This document shows positions 57,060 to 64,000 of a stretch of 64,000 bases of DNA, piece by piece. Below the pieces are notes generated by a model. It was not told the DNA's origin, did no database searches, and saw only the letters and a list, made by a program, of their open reading frames with translations. Source of the stretch: Eledone cirrhosa (Eukaryota); contig OZ024742.1 in assembly GCA_964016885.1 (NCBI GenBank), positions 265,546,001-265,610,000 of the forward strand, given 5' to 3'. How positions within the stretch are numbered: position 1 is the first letter of the stretch; every line of letters starts with the position of its first letter. A program made the translations under genes and the position numbers.

Positions 57060-58150
57060 ATTTTCGGCATTTATTGGCCACAAGGACCGACATATAGGGG
57101 ATAATACAATAGACAGGGACAGTGGGGGTTTACATATAAAACGTGTGAGCAGTTTAAATAACAATAACAAAATAACAACAAAAATATCAAGACCCCTCGA
57201 CAAACAACAAACTCGTCGCTAGTACCTTGGCCAAAATCTTGAACTCTGCGTTTAGCAGAGTTATGGGCCTGAGATTATCTATGTTGTCTCACTTGTTCAG
57301 GCACTTTCACAACAGCGCCACCTATCCTCGGTTCATAGAGCTGGAAATTCTCCCGTTCTGCAGCCAGTTACAGTAGACATCCGCAAAGGGGTCGCCTAAC
57401 AAGTCTGGCATGTGTACGTAGAGCTCATAGGGAAGACCATCAAAACCAGGCGATTTACCCATCTTACAGCCAATCATTGCCTCCCGTATTTCAGCGACTG
57501 TTACCGGCTTTTCGTCGAGAGTCGCAGCAGACCATCGAGGTAAGAACGAAAGTTCATCCTGCGATCCACCTCTGTACCCGATCAGCTGAGCGAAGTCCCA
57601 CATATTTTCGTTGGTGTTGCTTGTGGCGTGGTAGCAGGTCATGGCGCTAGTGCTGCTTCTGTCATGGTGGGTGGTGGTGGTGCTACTCTTGCTACCGTTG
57701 CTGTTGGTCTAGCCAGTAGGGGAAGTGACGTATGCAGGAAAGCTAGCCTAGATTTGGGGGACAATTCTATGCGGCAGAACGCCTTTAGGTGTCTTTTATC
57801 CCCATACATGTGACACTTTGGCCTTCTACCCTCGATAGATACGGTGAGTTGGCTGCCGTCATCGAGGTGTATCACTTACGGAATATCTTGGATGTTATTC
57901 TGGTCCGTTTGGACCAGGAGCTCTATTCCTGATCCGGACCAGTTTTCTCGTTTTATTTTCATTATCTCAATGATTTTTGTGTTGTCCTCGATGTCGGTAA
58001 GGACGGCAACCATCAGCCAGGGAATTGCTTTTGCCGGCGGAACCTAGGTCACTCTCAATTACACGAACCTTTGTTCGCAGAAGCTTGGGACCAAAGTGAT
58101 ATTTTTTGTTTCAGTTGTTGTTGTGGTGGTGATGTTAATGGTGTTGGACA
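57060..58150 (-). mobile_element. Deleted Tx1/L1-like element
   Basis: SIEGRRPKCHMYGDKRHLKAFC (ORF1 knuckle), KSPGFDGLPYELY (ORF2), 3' CTTGTGGCCAATAAA as at about 46008. Confidence 0.78.
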
Positions 58151-58189
58151 TGCTTGCCGATAATGTGATGGTTGGGATGGCGGAGTTCA

Positions 58190-59340
58190 CATAGGTAAAT
58201 ATTACTGTTGTTCATAGCTCTTAATCTTTGCACATTTGGCAAGTACCTTTTGTTTCAACTCTTCATTTACCGTAGTAATCTTCTTTCTCCTTATATTGTA
58301 CTTTCCTATAACTTGTTCAATCTCTCCCCCTTTTCTTAATTAACCTCGTTTTTTCCTTTCCAGAATATTTATATCTTTCCCATGCATTTTGATTACCCCT
58401 TCAATTCTCCTTTTCCACCATGGTTCCTTGATCTGCTTTTGTATAGTCTGATTTAGAAATCTCCAATATATCAACAACCATCCGTCTGTCTTTTTCTGAT
58501 GTGTCCTTCAGTTCATTACTGTTACTTTTGAAGGACACTGAAATGCTGGATTCAAATATTCAGTTCCTCTTCTTCCTGTTGAATTCCATCATTTTCCATA
58601 CACTCATCTATATTTGAATCTCCTACATTCTGAGCTTCTATATCCTCCATACCACCCTGGTCTACCTTTTTCTTTATCCTTTCAATCTCAATCTCAGATA
58701 GCCATCAATTTTTGCGATTTGTCCTTGCCTGATCACAAATCCTATGTTCAGTTAATTTAATGAGTCCCATCTCCTGCCATACTCATAACACCCTTTGTCT
58801 ATATCCTCTCATTGGCACACCATCTTCATTCACAGACCTGCTTCTAAAATAACACTCTATGACAGCCTTGTTTACCTCCTTACTCCACTTTCTTCTAGTA
58901 GTACCATGATGATAACCAGGCCTGTGCTGCTCAACCATAGGACACCTGCCGGATAAGGCACCATCACTAGAAGTTCCAGCAGCATTTACGCCTTTGTGTA
59001 AACAAATGTTTTGATTTAATTCATTTATTGAGGTTACTGGTTTTAAGGTTCCACTGCGACCAGTATTTTTTTTTTTTTTTTTTTTAGACGCCATCTCATG
59101 AGAATGTGGTAAATGACTTTAAGCAGACCTCAAACCCTAAAATTGAGTTATCCTGCGCTGGTCACCAATCCAGTATTTTGGACTCTGCAGCTGGAGATTT
59201 CACAAACTTTTGGATAGCCGTTGACACTCCTGAGTTCCTCAGCCCTTTGACGTTTTTTTGTTTAGATCCCGCAAGATGTCCAAACATCACCCTGCTCAAC
59301 ATCGAAGCCTATTGGAGTTGTCGGGTTACTCACCGATGAC
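58190..59340 (-). mobile_element. 5' portion of a Dong/R4-type LINE ORF, decayed
   Basis: [51 protein letters not shown] resemble R4/Dong N-terminal regions. Confidence 0.65.
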
Positions 59341-59351
59341 TCGATCTTTTG

Positions 59352-59706
59352 ACACCATGCTTTGCAACATAGAATTACGGTCGTTTACGTTTTGAGTTCA
59401 AATCCCGCTGAGGTTAGCTTTGCCTTTCATCCTTACGGGGGTCGATAAAAATAAAGTACCAGTAATGCACAAGGATTATTGCTGGCCTTGTGCCAAAAAT
59501 AGAAACAATTATTGTTAGTACAAGTAGTAGTAGTAGTAGTAGTAGTATATGTAGAGCCTCGTACAATATGCTTTGTGACATAAAGTTACGGCCCTTTCCG
59601 CTCTGTATTCAAATCGATAGAATAAAGTACCAGTAATGCACTGGGATCGATTTCATACACTTTTCCCTCCCCAAAAATTCTTGGCTTTGTGCCTAAATTA
59701 GAAACG
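59352..59706 (+). mobile_element. Two adjacent main-SINE copies (59352-59513, about 59550-59706)
   Basis: B-box and AAAGTACCAGTAATGCAC present in both. Confidence 0.85.
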
Positions 59707-59939
59707 ATTTTTTTCAATGTGTTTTAACCTTTTTACATTCTCTAGACTTTTATTCAATTGTTAAACTTGATAAAAGTTCATACAAGTCTGTCTGCTTTCT
59801 GCAGGTAGAATAAAGAGTCTCCCCGCGGGTGTGGTCAATTTCGATTCTCTTCGCTAGTGAAATTGTATTTGATTGTACAAAACAATCATGGAGGCATCAC
59901 GATACGCCTCCTAAACTATTTATAGAGAGGCAGAGAGTA

Positions 59940-62900
59940 GGTTGAAAGTCGGCTGTTTACAGGCAACCGACATGGAAAATAACCAAATCAAAAATTCGTT
60001 CGGTAAAATACGAACAGCAAAGCATTTTTGTCAATGGTAAAAACAACAATAGCAGTTACAACAACCGCAACAACAACCACAACAACGTGGTCAACACCAG
60101 CACTAACAACAGCAGCAACAAGAAAACAAGTGAAGAAAACAACGACAACTCCAAACAACAACAACCCCAACACCAACTGCAACATCGACAACAATAACAA
60201 CAGCAACTTGAAAATGAGTGGAAGCAACAACAACAACAACAACATGAACAACACATTCGCAGCTACGGCTGAAAAACCAGGAACTTTTTCCAAGTGGATA
60301 TTTCGGACAAGGAGCATGAATTGGCAGAAGCGAGAAAGTACCTGAGCCAACTTAACCATCGCGGAAGAAGCAATAGTAGCAGCGCAAAAGAGGACGTTGC
60401 ATTATAGATGTATTTCTATGCATACCCGAAAAGCAGAACTCGCCACCCAGGTGGAAGTTGAAAGTGCACAGAAATACATCAAGGATGTACAAAACAAGGG
60501 CCAGACAGTTCAGCACCATCTCGATGCTGTTCAAAACGGAGGTTCTTGCTATCAAACATTCGGTGGCCCCTGTAGAATGAAACGCATAGTAATGTACTCG
60601 TTCCACATGGGTAAAAACAGTAAAGGCCCGCATTCCTAGGATCCCGTCAGGACTGACCCTATGGTACCCTCACAGACGTAAGAAAAACGTCTGGAGAGGA
60701 TAGGTCCGGGATGGATTTGGTGATTCTTCTCCAAATCAAACCAGATGAATTCAAAAACATCCTGGACCATGTGCGGCTTCAGGACGGGTCCACCATATAT
60801 TTGGTAACAGAGGGTAGTAAGGCGTACTGCTTTGTCTGCGGCGAAATAAGACATCTGCAAGCCTTCTGCACTCAGCTCAAACATTCAGGGGGCCGCATGG
60901 CTCTGTTGCTGCAAACGCCAATGCTGGGATGGAAAGCTTCACCAACAACACCGGCAGTACCACCAACAGCAGTAACACCAGTCGAATCAAAACCACCAAC
61001 ACCACCAACAAAACCAACCCAGGGGGAAATAAGGAAAGTTCTAAAACTCCCCATCCCAAAACAAATACATACATAAACACACAGACAAACACAATCACCC
61101 AAACATAAAAAAACAACACTGAATCCTCATCTTCCAGTAGCGAAGACGAGGGACAACCAAAGAAGGCAAAAACAAAAAACAAAAGCAAAAACATAAAAAC
61201 ACGCAAACACAAGAAAAAGAAAAATGAGAACGCAAGAAAATCACAATCATGCCCCACACACAAACAACTGAAATCGCAGACACCACACTCACAACAAACA
61301 TAGACCCACCTTCAACAACTCCAACAACGCCCTCACCACCACAATCACCCCAAACACAAACAACCACAACAAACACACAACACGTGCTAGTAAGACTCAT
61401 CAACAACGATTTAATTGCTCTCATAGCACAAGGGCAAGACAGAAATAGAGGGTGAGATATTTGGAACGAGCACATTTGGCGTGCCAGATTTACTACTATT
61501 ACGAATGTCGCTCGACTCTTACAAATGGATTTTAGAGAGAGCTTTCCTCGGAACGCGGGAACCCCTAATGTGAGACCAGGATTTCCGACACGCACGTACT
61601 AGTCGCCATTTTCGACGACTACCAGATATTCGTAACTCTTAGTTGGCTGGGAATGGAAAGTGAGGTGGCAGTGCTGTTTAAGAAAAGCCTGGATCTCAAG
61701 GAAGGGTGGATATTCCGGGATGCAGATGGTAAGTTGCTGGTCCTGGACGTGAGAAATAGTGAAGGTGGTGTCTTTAGACTGGTCGCCGTCTATTTCCGAC
61801 CGGGGCCGGATGGCCAGACCTCTGTCGGCGCCTGGAGACATTTTCTGTTAGCGAGGGACGGGATGGGATTGGCATCTTAAACACACGCTGGGATGGTGTG
61901 GGAATATATGATAGAAGCTGATAGAAGGTGGGTGCAAAGCCTCAAGAACCTGATCAGTCATTTCCAACTGTCTGACATATACCGACTAGATTTCCTTAAC
62001 GCGCCAATGTTGACCTGAACTAACTGCATAAGGTCATCTAGATCGTATATAGGTATGTTTTATTTTATTAGATCAATATATAAGGACAATATAGATTGTC
62101 CACATCTGAATTAGATGAGGCTATTTGTAGTGATTTTCCAACTGATGTGCTAGCGGCGAGAATGGCATTAGACCATTTCTTCAATGTGAAACACGAAGGT
62201 TGTATTGTCAGAGCTAAGGCACGTGTTCTAAGAAATGATGAAACCAAAACTGTTTGATGGACCCGCGTGGCAGAGGCAAAACTTGGTAACAATACCACAA
62301 TTCAGTCTTTGACGGATAGAAACGAATGCGAACTGATCGATTCCATGCAGATGTGTGAGGCCTTTCGCCAGCACTTATTTCGGTTGTTATGGGGGATTTG
62401 GGGGCTGGAGACAGTGGATTTCAGTCACTACATCGATGGCCTACCGCGTTTCTCGACAGAAAGGGCGGAGCGCTGCGAAAAGCCGATAACATCAGTCGAT
62501 ATTCGGGATCTCCTAGTCGGTTGCATCAGGCGCAAGTCACCCTGTTTCGATAATCTGTCCTAAGAGTTTTACGAAGATATGTTAGACATGTTCTCCAAAC
62601 TCCTCGAAGCTCTCTACTGCAACTGGCAGCAAAATGGGAGTATTTCGAGTTCTGTAAGCCGAGTTTTATGACACTGACGGGGAAAGACGAGAACAAGACG
62701 GAAACGTTAGATAACTTTAGGCCCATAGCTCTGCGGAACAGAGTTTAAGATTTTGGCCAAGGTGTTAGCGAAAAGGTTGGCGCTTGTCGTTGAGGATTTG
62801 GTAGAGGAGGCGCAAACTTGCGCAATCTCGACCAGGTACATACACGACAACCTACACCTCATGCGATACATCACAGAGAGAGTAGGGTGTAAACCTGGCT

Positions 62901-64000
62901 TCAGTGGGGCTCTAATCTATTTAGATCAATCGAAAGCTTTCGATAGGGTCGGCTATCGACACCTGGAGGCTGTCCTCCAAACAGCTGTCTTTGGTTCCGT
63001 CTTCAGAAGCTGGATCGCTGCATGTACAGCGGTATCTGCTCGGTAGTCAAAGTTAATCGCCATCTTTCGGAACCGTTTAAGATCTCTCGATCGGTCCGTC
63101 AAAGATGCCCTCTCTCCTCCCTTCTGTACTTATTGACTCTCGAGCCTTTACTGCGGAAGCTGGAGCTGTTGCAGGGGATCCCGCTCTAACCAGGACGTAC
63201 TAAGGCTGTATCGGCATATGCGGCCGACATCACCGTGATGGTGTCGAACACCTCCGAAATCGAGGTGGTCGGCACCTTCTTGGAGGAGTGTGAAAGTTTG
63301 ACGGGAGCAAAACAAAACTCGGAAAAGTCATTAGGCTTGCAGTTCGGCACCTGGAGAGGCAAGTCCATGTCTTTCAAAAGCGTATCGGGCGCTGGACGGA
63401 TGGACCTATAAAGTTGCTCGGGGTACAGACCAGACCTCCAGATGAGTAAGAATTGGGACGTGGTTACGAACAGGGTAGCCCCTTTCATCCAGAAATGGGT
63501 CTAGAGGAAGCTCCTCATGAAAAGTCGGGTGGAAATGGCGAACGCGTACATCGCGTCCGTCATCTACTACGACCTAACCGGCGTGCCATGCCCCGTTGGT
63601 GCCTCCCCAAATTAGAACGACTTCTCTTCAACTTCTTGTAGAGCGGGGATGTTCCGTTGGTTAGGCGGTCCATCTTCTGCCAGCACCCTCTACGAAGAAG
63701 GCTGGGTATGCCGTGGTTAATGAGGCGCAAACATGTGCTACGGCTGCAGTATCTCCAGATATTCTGCTTAAACGGTGAACAGGTGTGGTCAACGCTTGTG
63801 AGACAGGTCTATCCGCAGCTTGTGTCTTTAACTGAACTGTAGTCCTGGGTCAAGAAGAGACCGAGACTGGGCACCTGGCATCTGGCATGTTGCCCGTTGC
63901 TCACTGCCCTCGACCATACCCACCACTAATCCTATAGATGATTAGTGGAGGACATATGTGATTACGCCGACGTTGTGGAACTAACCATTCTATTCCGGAA
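59940..64000 (+). mobile_element. Decayed near-full-length Tx1/L1-like LINE running off the window end
   Basis: ORF1 knuckle CFVCGEIRHLQAFC; APE-like VAVLFKKS..DADGKLLVLDV..FRLVAVY; RT AKVLAKRL, DQSKAFDRV, SVRQRCPLS..LEPLL, SAYAADITV. Confidence 0.9.

Overview
Eukaryotic, AT-rich, repeat-saturated window with no recognisable host gene. The SINE, LINE and microsatellite content resembles an octopus/cephalopod genome (inference). It holds huge (TA)n/(TACA)n arrays, a 200-N gap and a decayed autonomous Helitron with an intact 3' hairpin-CTAG end. There are also non-autonomous Helitron ends, RTE, CR1-like, Dong/R4 and Tx1-like LINE relics, about 20 tRNA-derived SINE copies, and hAT and mariner MITEs. 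Two themes stand out. First, about ten minimal type I hammerhead ribozyme (HHR) motifs with several core variants (CUGANGA, compensatory U3-A8, U4C) occur in Penelope-like element 3' ends and in short non-coding units, most lodged in (TA)n tracts. Second, fold-back palindromes are frequent, including a ~3.84 kb head-to-head Penelope dimer and a 406 bp spacerless HHR-bearing palindrome. Everything was read by eye, so boundaries of decayed elements are approximate.
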